Shown here: positions 1 to 13,686 of the stretch, piece after piece
Numbering within the stretch: the stretch's first letter is position 1
How the letters are laid out: the number at the start of each line of letters is the position of its first letter
Assembly (NCBI GenBank): GCA_951406725.2
Contig: OX597815.1
Location: 37,758,001 to 37,822,000 of the forward strand
Length of the DNA: 64,000 nt
Direction: 5' to 3'
From: Octopus vulgaris
Lineage: Eukaryota
Translations under genes and position numbers: made by a program
Notes under the pieces: model-generated
Database searches by the model: none
Seen by the model: only the letters and a program-made list of their open reading frames with translations
Told to the model about the DNA's origin: nothing

Positions 1-399
1 ACACGATTTGTTACGTCATAACTTTCCGAGAAATGGATACTGCTTAATGAAATTTTCCACAAATACGCTCCAGACGGTGTAGGTTTTGATTAGATCTGAA
101 TTTGTCGTGAGAAAATGTTTTCAGTGGAATGGGTAAAGGAGTACCCAAAATTCACAAGTCGGATTTGCTTCCTCTTAACTTTCGGAAAAATAGTTAATTT
201 CGAATGATAATTTCGACAAATGCCATTCAGAGACTGTACATTACAATTATATTGGAATTTACCATGAAAATAGATATTGGTGGGAAAGGACACATTCATA
301 TTGACATATATCACATTTTTTTCTAAAACTTTCTTTCTCAACAAGATCCGATATCATCACAAAATCATCACAAAATCATCTTGACTCAAATGCAGATAC

Positions 400-1080
400 A
401 ACAGATTTCAGGTCTATTTCAGTGTGGCTGACTAGATTGCAATCGTCAGCGTATAAGAGTTCTGTAATGAGTAAAGTAAAAGGATTTTGATTTGAATTTC
501 AGTCTGGTCAGATAAGAAACATTCCCTGTTGTTCGATACTTGATGTAAATACCCACCTTGGAGTTTTGAAAATCGTGTGACTGCACAGCAGCAAAGTATA
601 TTGCAAAGAGGGTGGGTGCATCTATTTCTCCTTGCTTTACTCCATTTTCCACGGCAAAAGATTCTGAAAGCCTACCACGAAAATTAACTCTAGCCTTCAA
701 ACCATAATCATGTTTACAAATTTTTCTGGGTAACATATTTTCCTTAGAATTAGCTACAGAGCATTTCGATTAACAGTATCGAGTGCCTTGCTTAAATCAA
801 CAAAGCAGTGTTATAGGGCAAGATTCTGTTTGATGAATTTTTCCAGGAATTGCCTGATAGTAAAGATACAATCAAATGTGCCCCTAGAGGAACGAAAACC
901 ACACTGAGATTCAGACACTATATTTAGAACAATGAAGGTATTTAAACGTTCGAACAGAACGTGGGCAAGTACCTTTCCAACTAAAGACAAACGCGAAATC
1001 TCACGAAAATTACCACACAGGTCCTTTGGCTCCGACTTATACAAGGATACTAAAATTGCATCAATCTATCCTTGAGGCAC
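400..1080 (-). mobile_element. RTE-clade LINE reverse transcriptase remnant
   Basis: Minus-strand frames give SESQCGFRSSRGTFDCIFTIRQFLEK, ESFAVENGVKQG...APTLFAIY and LITELLYADD (~441-470), with frameshifts. Confidence 0.9.
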
Positions 1081-1212
1081 TTCCCCAATTCTCCAACAGT
1101 AACAAATTAATATATTTAAAAGTTCAAACATTTTATCACTCCCATATTTCAAGACCTCTGCACAGATTTCATCAAGCCCTAGAGACTTATTGGTATTTAC
1201 AGCTAATAAATG

Positions 1213-1214
<2 letters not shown>

Positions 1215-1284
<70 letters not shown>

Positions 1285-1310
1285 ATGTATGTATATATAT
1301 ATATGCGTAT
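1215..1310. repeat. (TA)n/(TG)n microsatellite
   Basis: Direct reading. Confidence 0.95.
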
Positions 1311-1339
1311 GTGTGCATGCATGTACCTATAAATACATG

Positions 1340-2030
1340 TCCACACACATATATCTTAGGTGAGTGCGATTCATGGCTTGATAAAGCCCTCATGAATTTT
1401 TTTATTACAGTATGTATACACTGGATTATATTTGTCGCATGTAATATATACATGAATACATACACTAATAAAGGTTTCGTTCATTTTGTATCTAGTTCTA
1501 GTTTAGCAATATTGAGTGTGCTAGAATGAAATTTATAAATGGATTTATTTTAAGATTTTTGAATTGCGATTTTTAATGGCATGTGATGTGTATATGGACA
1601 TATAGTTCTTGTTATGTTTCTTTTCTTAAATGATGTACTTGTAGAAATTTTAGCAATGCGAATATATGGTTTGAAGAAGCTATTAACTTTCTGACTTTAA
1701 TAAACATGCTTAGTTCTTCGTTCCAAATCCCAAACGCAAGTTACTTATATTTTAGGGCCATCTTCCTTGAGCCATATATTTTATTTCAAGTAAGACACAT
1801 TAATACGCCAGTTCAAAGAGAGTAATACGAATATTCCTTGGATGCATGTACTAACTCTATTTTCTAATTATGATCCGATTAAAGTGAATTACTGAGGAAA
1901 TAAGGCGATGGGAGGCATAAAATATTATATGTGATGACAAAGATGGAGTGTTTTAAAATTTAACAGCCCCATGGGTGGAGTAAGTAGCTGTGAGGAAGCA
2001 GAAGAGAGTTTGAGAGACTAGTTATCAAAA
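1340..2030 (-). mobile_element. Possible highly decayed Penelope-like remnant
   Basis: Minus frame FKPYIRIAKISTSTSFKKKKHNK weakly resembles the PLE linker between RT and GIY-YIG (LPYI..S..I...LKKHNI). No diagnostic motif is intact. Confidence 0.25.
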
Positions 2031-3899
2031 TAGAGGACATTCAGAATGCTCTCTTTCACCAAGCCAAGTATATCTTAATCCGTAATGTTGTAATTTTCGA
2101 GATCTTTAGTAAATACTTATGACACTCTGGCATTTGCATAGCGTAATTATTAAAATTCAGAATAAATATCTTAAACAATCGTAAATTATAATGTAGCAAA
2201 AAATAATATTATGTGGTTAATTAAAATCTCTTCATTTAATAAACAATGACTACGTCAAATTAGGTGTTAAACGTAATGGCTTTAAAGATGAAATATATTA
2301 CAAATTATAAAAATAATAATATTCCTCAGACAGGAAAATAGAAAACAATCTTATTTGGTTTAATAACCTATTCACGTGGTTAAATATCTCTAGTTTATTA
2401 AGTAAATAATTACCGAGGAATCTTAAATCTTATATAAAATACTTTATAAAACGTAATGTCAAATTACGTTTCACTTGCACATAAATAATTCCATCGAAGG
2501 ACCTTACACATATAAACAGATCCAGCTCTTCACTAATATGCAATTGTCTTACTCCCTTAATCCTGAAAACTATAACTTTGAAAACTGACTGCCCTTTTTC
2601 CGAAAGTATGCACTTCTGATAATCCTGTCTCAAAAGACATTATCAGTCTGACTGCAACACCACAAACCATCACTCAGAAAATCTGAATTATGACCTACAA
2701 AATTATTTAAAAGATATTGGTATCAGACATTACATACTGAGAGAGAATCACAGCTGCAATAGTGAAAATATTAGCAGTTTGTTTCATAAAAAATTTTACT
2801 TTGAACGCTGTACATATGTAGTGCCATTAATCAAAATATTAGTTAGGTTATTTTTTAAACACTCTAACAAACAGCGAAAATAACAAAAAAAATTTTGCTA
2901 GCGAATCTTAAATTGAAAAATGTTTAACATTAGAAATGGTATTTCTCTTTGGAAATAACCCAAATCGGCAAGCTGTGAACTTTGAGGTGGTTGTCCATCT
3001 TAATAATACTAAAACTCTAGGGATGTTTGTGTGTACCCGAAATATCTCAGAAACAGTATATTTTATCTTAATTTTTTGTTACACATTTATTTCCATTCTT
3101 ACGTTCGACAGTGCAGTACAAATTTTTGTGACATGTGTATCTCTATTTATCAATGAAAACGAGTAAACAAAATTCTTGTGTTTACTCGTGACGTCAACAC
3201 ACATTCACACATACAGAACACACACATATGATGAATGTCATGGCGTGTCAATCAACACAAACACACGTCTGCTATTTGTGAGGTATACACACACAGTCTT
3301 CGGGCTCTCGAAGAAAAAAAAATGGCTTTTTGACGTACACATTTTAAAATATTTTTAACTGAATATGATTTCAAAAAAGTTGTTTGTACAGTAAGTATCT
3401 ATATTTTAGCTTTCTTTAAACAGACAATATTTTAATGTTTTTTAAAAATTAGTTTCAAGTCGTTAATTTCCGTAAAAAATGTCACTTTCATTTTCTCCTC
3501 TCTTTCACTTTAAAGCAAAAGTAAATAATAAAAAAAAATGCAAAATTCAACGATCAACACCAGCTGGCTGACAGTTTTGAGAGTCAAAGCGAAAGATCGC
3601 CCCAAAGAAATACCATTACAAAAAATTTTTCGTGTGCATTCAACGTATCGCAACTCCAAAGTTTTAGCTGCTATTTCTAGCACGGTCTGCTACCACGTAA
3701 CAGCTATTTGTGATAAAGGACCCAAAATACCTGTTACGTGGTAGTAGGGCGTCCAAGAAATAGCAGCCACACCTTTTTTTTTCCACATATACATATACAT
3801 ATACATACATCCACACATACATATATCATCATCCCATCAATTTATCCGCTTTCTTTTTCCTCGCTGCATCTCTTGCCTGTCCTTGTACTGTTCTCCTCT

Positions 3900-4410
3900 G
3901 TGTCGGGCCTCTAGTGGCAAAATTAAAGAAATAGAGCATTTCGGTACTTTTCCGTGCTAAAACACTTGTGATTCAGTTGCTTTTTTGCTTGTTTGATGTT
4001 TTGTTGAGGGTTTTCTCGGGCGAGACTGCCCATTGTTGAAACTACTGTTGAAATGTTTATATATAGACTGTCTGGCAGTTTTGTTTCTTGTGTCCCCACC
4101 CCATTTTGGGGCGAAAATTGGTTTCCATCTCATGTTCATTTTGTGTGGGTGTTCCCTCCTCCTCATTAGATGGGGCTCCCATTCTCTCCCTCCTCCCTCC
4201 CATAGGCTTGACGATGTAGTCACCTTCGTCACTACTTCCAGCCCCTAGCTCCTGCACCCTTTTCGTTGCATCTTCAGCAACGCTCTGCGATCCGTCGTAA
4301 TACCCTCTCTCCGGGGTCCCGTCGCAGTCGAGGCAGCGGATCCCTATGTGTCCTCCGCGTGCACATATGTAGCAGTTGGGTCTCCTTCTCTCCACTACTA
4401 CCATTACCGT
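3900..4410 (-). mobile_element. LINE ORF1-like (CCHC zinc knuckle) fragment
   Basis: ORF 4057-4404: VVVERRRPN-CYICARGGHIGIRC (CX2CX4HX4C); GC-rich island in an AT-rich context. Confidence 0.75.
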
Positions 4411-5120
4411 ACTACCGCCGGTTATTCAACAAGGAAGACATTGGAAACAGGGTCATCAAGTTCGAAGGGGTGATACTCATGGTCAGAGTAGAAGGTAGGA
4501 CCCCGCGATGCTCTAATGTGGTCTGAAAGGCTACATTAGATCGGACTGTCCTCCAACACCCATAAAGACTAAAGAGAAACGCAAAGAGCAGGAAGGAAAC
4601 CGCGACTCCACCACCGACGAAAACCAGTACCAGCGCCGAGGAAGCGGAGGTAAACGAGGAAAAGGACGGATGGGAAACGGTTGGAAAAAAGAAGAAAAAG
4701 AAGGAAAGAAGCACACTTTGTAAGTGATGACCCCCATCCCACACCCATCCGACTCCCATCTATACCCACTCTAACCCAACATCTCCCTACAGACACCATG
4801 ACCCACCTCACACAAAGACAAGCACGAGCACAAAGGAGCCCCAAACTTCCCCAGTTTTCCCCGTTAAGGAGAAATACGTTATACTGTACAACAGACAAAA
4901 TGAAAAACTTCATAGTGAGATAAATTCGTGGGACAGAGCGATAATAGTCAATATAACATAATTTAGGGGATTGCCCGAGCACCTTCAATCGACTTATTTT
5001 AGAACATGGTTGAGTCCATAAAATAGGATTTGACTACACCTCCATTTAGAGCACAGTTTAAACTATCTTTTCGTGGAAGAAGGTTTACGTACCTATAAGT
5101 TGAGTTAATTTTGTAACCCC
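4411..5120 (+). mobile_element. Second LINE ORF1-like zinc-knuckle fragment, opposite orientation
   Basis: LMVRVEGRTPR-CS(frameshift)CGLKGYIRSDC at 4509-4549, then a low-complexity K/E-rich tail (EEKDGWETVGKKKKK). No ORF2 follows. Confidence 0.65.
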
Positions 5121-5511
5121 TTAAAATGGAAGATAAGAAAGTTCATTTTCGGCACTTGATGCTTTGGCAACCTGACAAAAATTGCTGCAGCTCGGCTGGG
5201 ATGTGTTACCCAACCCTCCATATTCGCCAGATATTGCTCCTTCGGATTTCCACTTATTCAGTTCTCTGCAGAATAGTCTTAATGGTAAAAATTTCAATTC
5301 CTTGGATGACGTAAAAAGATACGTTGATGAATTCTTTGACATGAAACCACCCCAATTCTGGGAAGATGATATTTTCAAGTTAAAGGAAAGATGGAGATGT
5401 ATTGTGCAACAAAATGGTTTGCATTTGTTTGTTTAAAAATGTAATGGCAAGTTTTTATTGACCTTTTTCTTTCCTTTAAAAATCGGCACGAACTTTCCGG
5501 ACAACCCAATA
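5121..5511 (+). mobile_element. Internally deleted mariner (DD34D)
   Basis: N-terminus MEDKKVHFRHLML is joined to C-terminus PPYSPDIAPSDFHLF...ERWRCIVQQNG; right TIR ends GGACAACCCAA followed by TA. Confidence 0.92.
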
Positions 5512-5859
5512 TATATATATATATATATATTTGACGCAAAGTTTTCATCAGCAGAAATTACAATTATCCGGTCACCGACTATTTGAAACGACATGGGAGT
5601 GATCATTTAATTGTCCTGTTTATTAATGTTGTATAGAACTCTATTGTTGATACAAATATTATGTACCTATTAAATAAATGGATATCCATACATACCCATG
5701 GGTATGTATAGTTATGAAGCACAAAGATGAGTTTAATAAAGGAAACAGATAACAAGCTATTAGGTGCTAAAGGTCGGCGCGCATTAACAGATAACAATAA
5801 GTCATATATTACATAACAAAACGCTTGATGGAGCAATAAAAGTAGCAAAAATCAACAAA

Positions 5860-6215
5860 TGCACACGGAGTTGCGTATATATGCGTGCGTGTTTGTGTGT
5901 TTATGTGCGTATGTGTATGTGAGTTTGTGCGCGGGTGTGTGCGTGTGTATGTGCGCACTTGCATATAATGAATACAAAATCGAAAGCGAAACCAATAGAC
6001 GCGAAAGATGCCACACCACACACGTATATAGTCACATCGTACTCCAAACAACACTTAGTGTTATCACTACATTTACAATTACAAACGCACAGGCACACAC
6101 AAAGCAACACATACACACAAACACACACACAGACACAAACACTCGCTCTCTTATACACACACACACTTACATACACACACTCAAATAAACACTCACATGT
6201 ACATATACGCACATT
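5860..6215. repeat. Degenerate (TG)n/(CA)n simple repeats
   Basis: Direct reading. Confidence 0.85.
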
Positions 6216-7539
6216 TTATAAATTATAAATACCAAAACACGGATGTAAACTCTTACATTTGGAGAAATTAGGACAGATTATGGAGTATGCGTACACTAGC
6301 ACTTGATTGCACGAATGTCATGCAATCAATAAGATGACAGGGTGTAGCGATGAAACCATAACAGACCATTTAATTAATAGCTTAAGTAATTAGTAAATTG
6401 ATGAGCAAACAGAAGTGAACTACGACCAGTGTGTGTCCGACTGACTGGATGATTCGCCTAAACTACAAGCCTTATCTGTTTCGAGACATAATTTAAATCA
6501 TATATGTATGTACATTCGTGTACCTGTGCCCGCGCGCGTGTTTTTGCGAGCGTGCGTACATATGCAAACAACCTGCGTAGGCATATACATGAAGCCGAAA
6601 TTTCAATCTTTTGCTAATCCAGAGCTTGTTGATCATTCAGGCGACTGATGAGTTTTTACAATTTGTAACAGATCTGCTGTACAAATCATCTATCTTGCAG
6701 ATCTCTTGATCAATATCGACATCAATTTATCGTACTTAGTTTTCACGCTAGAATTATATTTCTTCTTCTGATATTGCTATTAACTGGGATTGGTATCCGT
6801 TGCAGAATACCAATTGCCATGACAGTCTACAGTAGCAGCAGAAGTGGTCGAAATGCCAGATGATTCATAGAGACACAGATAATGTTTATTTACACGCCTA
6901 GATTTCACTAACGGTTATAGACTTTTCAATTTGATTGTTCTTCTCTGTTCATATTGCATTTAGTTTGTTGATATTTTAAACATTTGGAAATTATTCCTTT
7001 CTCATTTTGATTTATCGTTTCCCATATATTTCAGTTAAGTATCTAATTTTCTGACGTTATTGTTAATAAGATTATTATTTTTAAAAGTTATTGACCTTAA
7101 CATTAAACATGGCTATCTAATAATATATACATCTGAGCTGCAGTTCTAATGTTTTTTTTCTGGTATCATTATCAGGTATTTTAGTCTTCGAAGTATACAC
7201 GACACAAGTCCGGTATCACATATTTCGCCAATGTTGTTTACGTTACGCCTTTGTTGGATATTACTGCCGCCGTTTATGATCCTTTGATATTACTTCTGTC
7301 CCATATATAGCACCTCCTGTGATGTTTGTCGTTTAGTTAGCGTTTGTTCCTATTTTAAAAAAAGTTTGCTCTATGTTAAGTGTGCAGATTAAAGAGACCA
7401 TGGGTCATTGCTGGTACCTATTAATTTATATAGAAGCTGGAGGTTTCGAAGCAGTTGTCCATAGATATCTTCTTTTTCTATTATTTTCAAAGCGATGTTT
7501 ATATTTATATCTGCAGTGTAGCTGATCTCTATGATGGTA

Positions 7540-8260
7540 CAGGGTGTCCCCAAAGTCCCTGTTGGGTTCAATTTTTAATAACTTCCTTAACTTTACATAT
7601 AAATGCATGAATGTTTGATGCAAAATAAAGAACATAATGGAAATTAATATGCACAATCCAATTTTGCAATACCACTACATCCCATCTGAAAAATGACATC
7701 GCTTAATTGGCAGCCATTTTCGGCTTCAAACGCCATTGCTCTTTCCAAAACTTGCACCATAACCCCCTCAAGAGTTTCAGACCCCACTTCTCTGATTTGT
7801 CTATTGATGTTATCCAGCTGCACCAGAGTTTCCGGTTTGTTGACGTAAACCCTCACTTTCAGGTATCTCCACAAGAAAAATATCCGAGCTAGTCAAGTCT
7901 AAGGAACGTGAAGGCCATTCAAAATAGACCTCACACATGGTTCCAGCAAAATGGAGCAACTGCTCATATTACAAGAGAAACAATGCAGTTGCTATGGCAG
8001 TGCTTTGGAGAGTGAATAATCTTCCACTACGGCAATGTCAACTGTCCCCTAGTTTCCTTCGCATACTTTCACTATTCCTGCTCTGTTTCAAGCTTGTATT
8101 ATCTACTTTCTCGAAGTAGTCAAGTCCATAATGAGCACACGATGTGCCGCCTTTGACACAAGAACCAGTTTAGGCATCAGTGTCGTGTCACTTCTGTAAC
8201 TAATTCCGTCGGCTTCACTTCCACATTCATACCCATTTAGAATTTTTACATGCGATTACC
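7540..8260 (-). mobile_element. Tc1/mariner superfamily element (rosa/DD41D-like), 3' part, with internal inversion
   Basis: Terminus TA-CAGGGTGTCCC at 7538; minus WPSRSLDLTSSDIF/LWRYLKVRVYVNKP; the WFQQNGATAH block lies on the plus strand (~7935-8044). Confidence 0.85.
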
Positions 8261-8264
8261 TTTT

Positions 8265-8268
<4 letters not shown>

Positions 8269-8316
<48 letters not shown>

Positions 8317-8438
8317 GGAATGGTCATATTGCCAGTTTAGCCAATAAAAACACACGCACTATATATTTGGTGTTATTTTGCTTCAGTGATATTTATTTTT
8401 TACATTAATCTTAATCTTATTTCGGCCAGAGTTCTTGC

Positions 8439-8500
<62 letters not shown>
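8269..8500. repeat. Two (TA)n tracts flanking a short repeat fragment
   Basis: Insert begins TTCGGAATGGTCATATT, similar to TTCGGGATGGCCATTTT at ~34306. Confidence 0.75.
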
Positions 8501-8502
<2 letters not shown>

Positions 8503-9297
8503 TGTATTTACCGCACTAAAATTAATAAATTTAATAGAGATTCATAGACCCCAACACACAATTTGGACCTGTATGAATTCTAATCTGTAATATGTATACT
8601 GAGAATTTAATGGAAAATTTAAGTAAAACAAATAAAAGTTAAGAGATTACATAAAACAGTGCAATGCATATTATAGCCGTAGCATTGTACATGAGAGAAC
8701 ATGTTCGAGCCGATTTTTGATGTAAATATGTGTAGCATCAAAACACATTGTATAATGAAAAAAAAATCACTAGCTGGAAGCACATCATTCGTAACACATA
8801 TATTTTATATATTTTATTCTACCTTGATCAAAAGATTACTCATAGAAACTATTTCAATATTAGGATACAACACACATATAGCACAATCTAGGACCAAACT
8901 ACATTTAATCCTAGCTGCTTATAGAATTCTAACATCAACGATGAATAATTGCAAAAGTTGTGATAAAATCATCAATGCGACATGATTCTTGAGAACTATT
9001 TATTCGATGCATATTTTATATATGTTTTGTAGTAGGTACCCTGCTATTACACATCAATAACAAAAGTGTCGAGAAAACGCTTCATGAAAAATACAAAACC
9101 GGAAGCCACAAAATGTTGATGGATTTCTATACATCATTGCTTCATAAAATAATGGAAGCTAAAATAAATCCTTAATAAAACGGTAAACTAGAGTAGAGTA
9201 ATACCTTAATAATACCTTTTAAATCAAAAGATACGTGTAGATGTATACGGGCAAACATGGGTGTGTATATATCTACTTGCGTTTGGTTACACACACA

Positions 9298-9330
<33 letters not shown>

Positions 9331-9509
9331 TCATCTTATTGAATATCAATCTGACACTGCCCCATGCATCTTTTATAACTCCAGGCTCGCCAAGTGAAAT
9401 GTTTCGTCGAGTCTGACAAGATAGGTTCAGTTCACGAGCCAGCGTCATTTTAGGTTACATGGAGTCGAGTCAATCTCTTAAGAAGTAGCATATGTAGCTT
9501 TTACGAAAT

Positions 9510-10780
9510 ACGAGGGGATAGCCAAGACCGTTGTAGTTTACACTTCTGCTACCAGAACCACTTGATGCGACCCTCAGGCATCAGTCTACCAACAGGCGTT
9601 GTTGAGTGAAGTCCTACTGCTACACGGTGCGTCTTTGTTTTGTAGTGCTTCTCCTCAGTACGTAGATTTTTGCAATGTCTGAAACTATGGAACAACGTGC
9701 TTCCGTGATATTCTGCTTTCTGGTGGGGAAAACCGCAGTCAAAACAGCTGTATTGCTTCAAACAGCTTAGAATGATGCTGCCATGAACAAAACACAAGTT
9801 TACCAGTAGTTTTAATGCTTTAGACCAACCTCGTTCAGTGCCACCGATGACCTCTCGAACGAATAAAAACATCATGAAATTCATTCATGAACTGAGATTG
9901 GAGGACAATCGCCGAACAACTGACGAACTTGCTTATATGACTGGTATGTCCTGGAGCTCCTGCCAACGAATTCTGAGTGAGGAATTGCGGATGAAAAGAG
10001 TTGTAGCAAAATTTGTGCATCGCCTGCTTACGGAAGATCATAAAATGAATGCGCGTCATTATCTGAAAACAAAACAAAAGAATAATAGTTGGAATTTGAT
10101 CCGAATCTTTTTCCGAAAGTCAACACTGGTAACGAAATCTGGTGCTACAAACTACGACCCGGAAACGAAACAGCAATCAAATCAATGGAAGCATTCAATG
10201 TCATCACTCCCCACCCTCAACAAAAAAAGCGCGTCAAGTGAAGTCCAATGATAAGACGACGCTGATTTGCTTTATCGATGCGAAAGGAATTGTCCACACA
10301 GGATTTGTTCCTCTTGGTCAAACTGTGAACCAGACATTTTATTTGGCAGTTCTCAACCGTTTGCGAGACGCGGTGAGACGAAAACGCCCCGACCGGTTGC
10401 AAAATGAAGAGTGGTCGTTTCATCACGACAGGGAGCTTACACACACTACCTTGAGTGTGAAAGAGTTTTTACCAAAAATGGCATGGCCTCGCTTACCCAC
10501 CCACCCTATTCCCCCAATCTTGCTCCCTGCGACTTTTCTCTGTTCCACCGAACGAAAAAAATTCATGGAAGAGGTGAAACGAAAGAGAGAAAAACGACAG
10601 AGGCGTGAAAAGCCTCACTCCACAAGAATTTCAGGACAGCTTCGAACAGTGGAAAACGCACGTGGACCAATGTATTGCTTAAAATGGAGAATACTTTGAA
10701 GTTGATAAATGCGCAAACATGTAAACCTATGTGAATAAAATAATATTGCAAAATTACGGTTTCTTTTGCATACCATAGTA
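9510..10780 (+). mobile_element. Near full-length decayed mariner (irritans-like)
   Basis: MEQRASVIFCF, CQRILSEELRMKRVVAKFV, YDPETKQQS, ICFIDAKGIVH, WSFHHD and HPPYSPNLAPCDF across frameshifts; degenerate TIRs (TACGAGGGG / CATACCATAGTA). Confidence 0.92.
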
Positions 10781-10814
10781 TTTTGGGCGCCATTTTCTTT
10801 CATTTTCTGCCCAC

Positions 10815-10844
10815 TCATATGCATACATATACATATACACACAC

Positions 10845-10896
<52 letters not shown>

Positions 10897-10911
10897 GCAT
10901 GTATGTATGTA

Positions 10912-10943
<32 letters not shown>

Positions 10944-10948
10944 CAAAA

Positions 10949-10991
<43 letters not shown>

Positions 10992-11105
10992 GCACACATA
11001 TATGTATACACATTTTCGCACGCGCATGCACACACAGATGCGCAGGCGCGCACACGCCCGCGCACACACACATTCACACATACACACACGCACACACACA
11101 CACAC
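10815..11105. repeat. Compound (TA)n/(TATG)n/(CA)n microsatellite
   Basis: Direct reading. Confidence 0.95.
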
Positions 11106-11524
11106 AAGAATTTTAATGGGAGCAGATGGAATGAAAAGACTTGTAGTCTTCGTAATAAATTTACGAGCACCACAAGTGCTTTGGAGCATAGTTTTCAGTT
11201 GGAAACTGCTGAATGTTACATATATTATACGCATTATTGCCTTAATAAGATCCAATAATAATTGTACACATGCACATCTTTAGATGAGTAGGGTCCGAAG
11301 CACTGCTAGATTATATTTAGTTTCTCTTCGTTTTATACCCACACTATTATGTTATATTTAGCATTCCATTGACAAAGAATAACGCGGAAATGTAAAGGGA
11401 TACAGATGAGAGAAAATATTAAAAAATTACTGACAATGAAAAAAAAAAAAACCACAAACGCCCACACTTTCTTTGAAGTGGAACGATACTAGATACGAAG
11501 GATAAGTAATACAGTTCTATAGTT

Positions 11525-11765
11525 AAGAGATGAGGAATTATGTACATTATTTACATTATTTACATTTGACGGATATTTGTCCTCATCTTGTTTGTTGTTA
11601 ACACAACGTTTCGGCTGATATACCCTTCGGCCTTCATCTGACCTCACCAGGAAGATGTCCAAGTGCTGTTAGATCATGTGAACTCAATGAAGTCATCTAT
11701 ACAGTTCACAATGAGAAAGGAAAAGACAATCGGCTAGCATTCGTGGACGTATTAATAACATGCAA
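11525..11765. mobile_element. Penelope-like fragment: inverted terminal segment with hammerhead motif (-) fused to RT piece (+)
   Basis: Plus 11645-11762 HQEDVQVLLDHVNSMKSSIQFTM..(fs)NRLAFVDVLI matches the PLE RT motif; minus 11604-11640 caGATGAAGGC...GCCGAAACGTT. Confidence 0.85.
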
Positions 11766-11769
11766 AAAT

Positions 11770-12209
<440 letters not shown>

Positions 12210-13500
12210 GGGGAAAGTAAGAAGTAAAGAAGCGAAAATGCACATTTGATATAAAAAAAATAAAGGCTTTTTTTTATGAAAAGTAACGATAAATATATAC
12301 TGAGGTAACATTAAGAGGAACCAACATAAAGTTGACCATGAGAAAAGCAAGCCAGTATATTTCAAAGTCTGACCTTAAGCTTTATTAATAGACATTTCGA
12401 AGAAAGTTGACGGAATTGTATTCCTTTGAATTCCAATGGATTGTTTGTTGGTTTGATTGGAATTCTAGAATGAAAACCTCTTCCCCCGAGGCAGATCTAA
12501 TGATAATGGTAGCTTCTATCATATTAGGTGATAATGTCTTCACAATCAACCATGTCCCACTGCATAATTTAGGTGGACCTATATTCATTATTAAGACTCC
12601 TACCTTCAGAAAAAAGTTTATGTGGAGGAGTTCCAGGTGGCTCAAGAGAATTAAGGAACTCTGTTGGGTAATGGACAGCTTGATTTTGATGAAGGACTCA
12701 ATCAGCTGTACTCCTTGATAACTTTTGGAATATTATTCATTAATTCATGGTTAATCCTTGCTACTGCCTCATATCTTGGAGCAAGAACTGCCCTTTCACA
12801 TAACCATTTATGTGAATTATAATTATTACTTAAGTCTGGAAGTACCCTGTTCTTCACTTCAGCTGGGGAATTCAATATGATAGAATTGTGAGCCAAATTG
12901 TTATCACCAAACCCATCAAATGGTACTTTCCCATTTCCTAATTGGAGAATCCAGGTTGAAAATTGCTCTGCACATTGGTCCTCATGTAATAAAGCTAGCA
13001 TGTTAGTATTGAAGGAGAATTTCTGTACTTTATTCTAAGGGTGTGAACACTTAGTGCATGCTTTTATCTCATCAGATCTTGTTCGTCTCTTAATGACTGG
13101 TAATATCTGTCTGAAGTCTCCTGTTAAAACTAATGTAACTCGTCCCATAGATTTATTGTTGTCTCTCATGTCATGTAAGGTCTTATCAAGAGCTTTTATT
13201 GCACCTCTATGTGACATGGTGCATTCATCCGAAATGATCAGGTGGTATTGGCGCAACACTTCTGCTGAACCTGAAGGTTAGCTTATGCTACAAATTGGAC
13301 TGTCATTTGTGACCAGGTTTAGCGGTAAACGAAAGCAGAATGAGCTGTTCATCCTCTTGGGAGAATGGTGGCAGCAAAGCCAAACTGCAATTGTTTTCGT
13401 TGCTTTACCTTAGAGAGAAGCGATGCTGTTACAAATATTTTACCTGTGATACCAGGAGCATCAAAAAAGAAAATTCCTCCGCACTTTTCTGATTGCCAGT
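12210..13500 (-). mobile_element. Helitron RepHel remnant, PIF1-family helicase domain (pseudogenised)
   Basis: FFFDAPGITGK (Walker A), LIISDECTMSH, LVLTGDFRQILPV, WILQLGNG, WLCERAVLAP, PPKLCSGT and MSINKA*GQTL, with stops and frameshifts. Confidence 0.93.
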
Positions 13501-13686
13501 CTGCATAAGAGTGTATGTTGCATCATTTAAAACTTTTTTATATATAAGCAAAAATATTTAATAGAGTTAACAGAGTTGCAGAATTTTCAGCATTGACTCT
13601 GGCTACCTGTACTCGTATTTGCTTCAGTGTAGAATACTGATCATCTACATCTACTCCGTCTCCTCTCGTAGAAAGTGAGAACATCG

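Noticed and set aside
3904-3920. CTCF-like motif CCACTAGAGGCCC on the minus strand
   Set aside because: Single imperfect match at the edge of a repeat; not distinguishable from chance.
5182-5436. SETMAR or other domesticated transposase
   Set aside because: No SET domain; internal deletion and TIR show it is a mariner remnant.
12385-13500. Host PIF1 helicase gene
   Set aside because: Intronless, with many stops and frameshifts and Helitron-type motifs, so a transposon relic.
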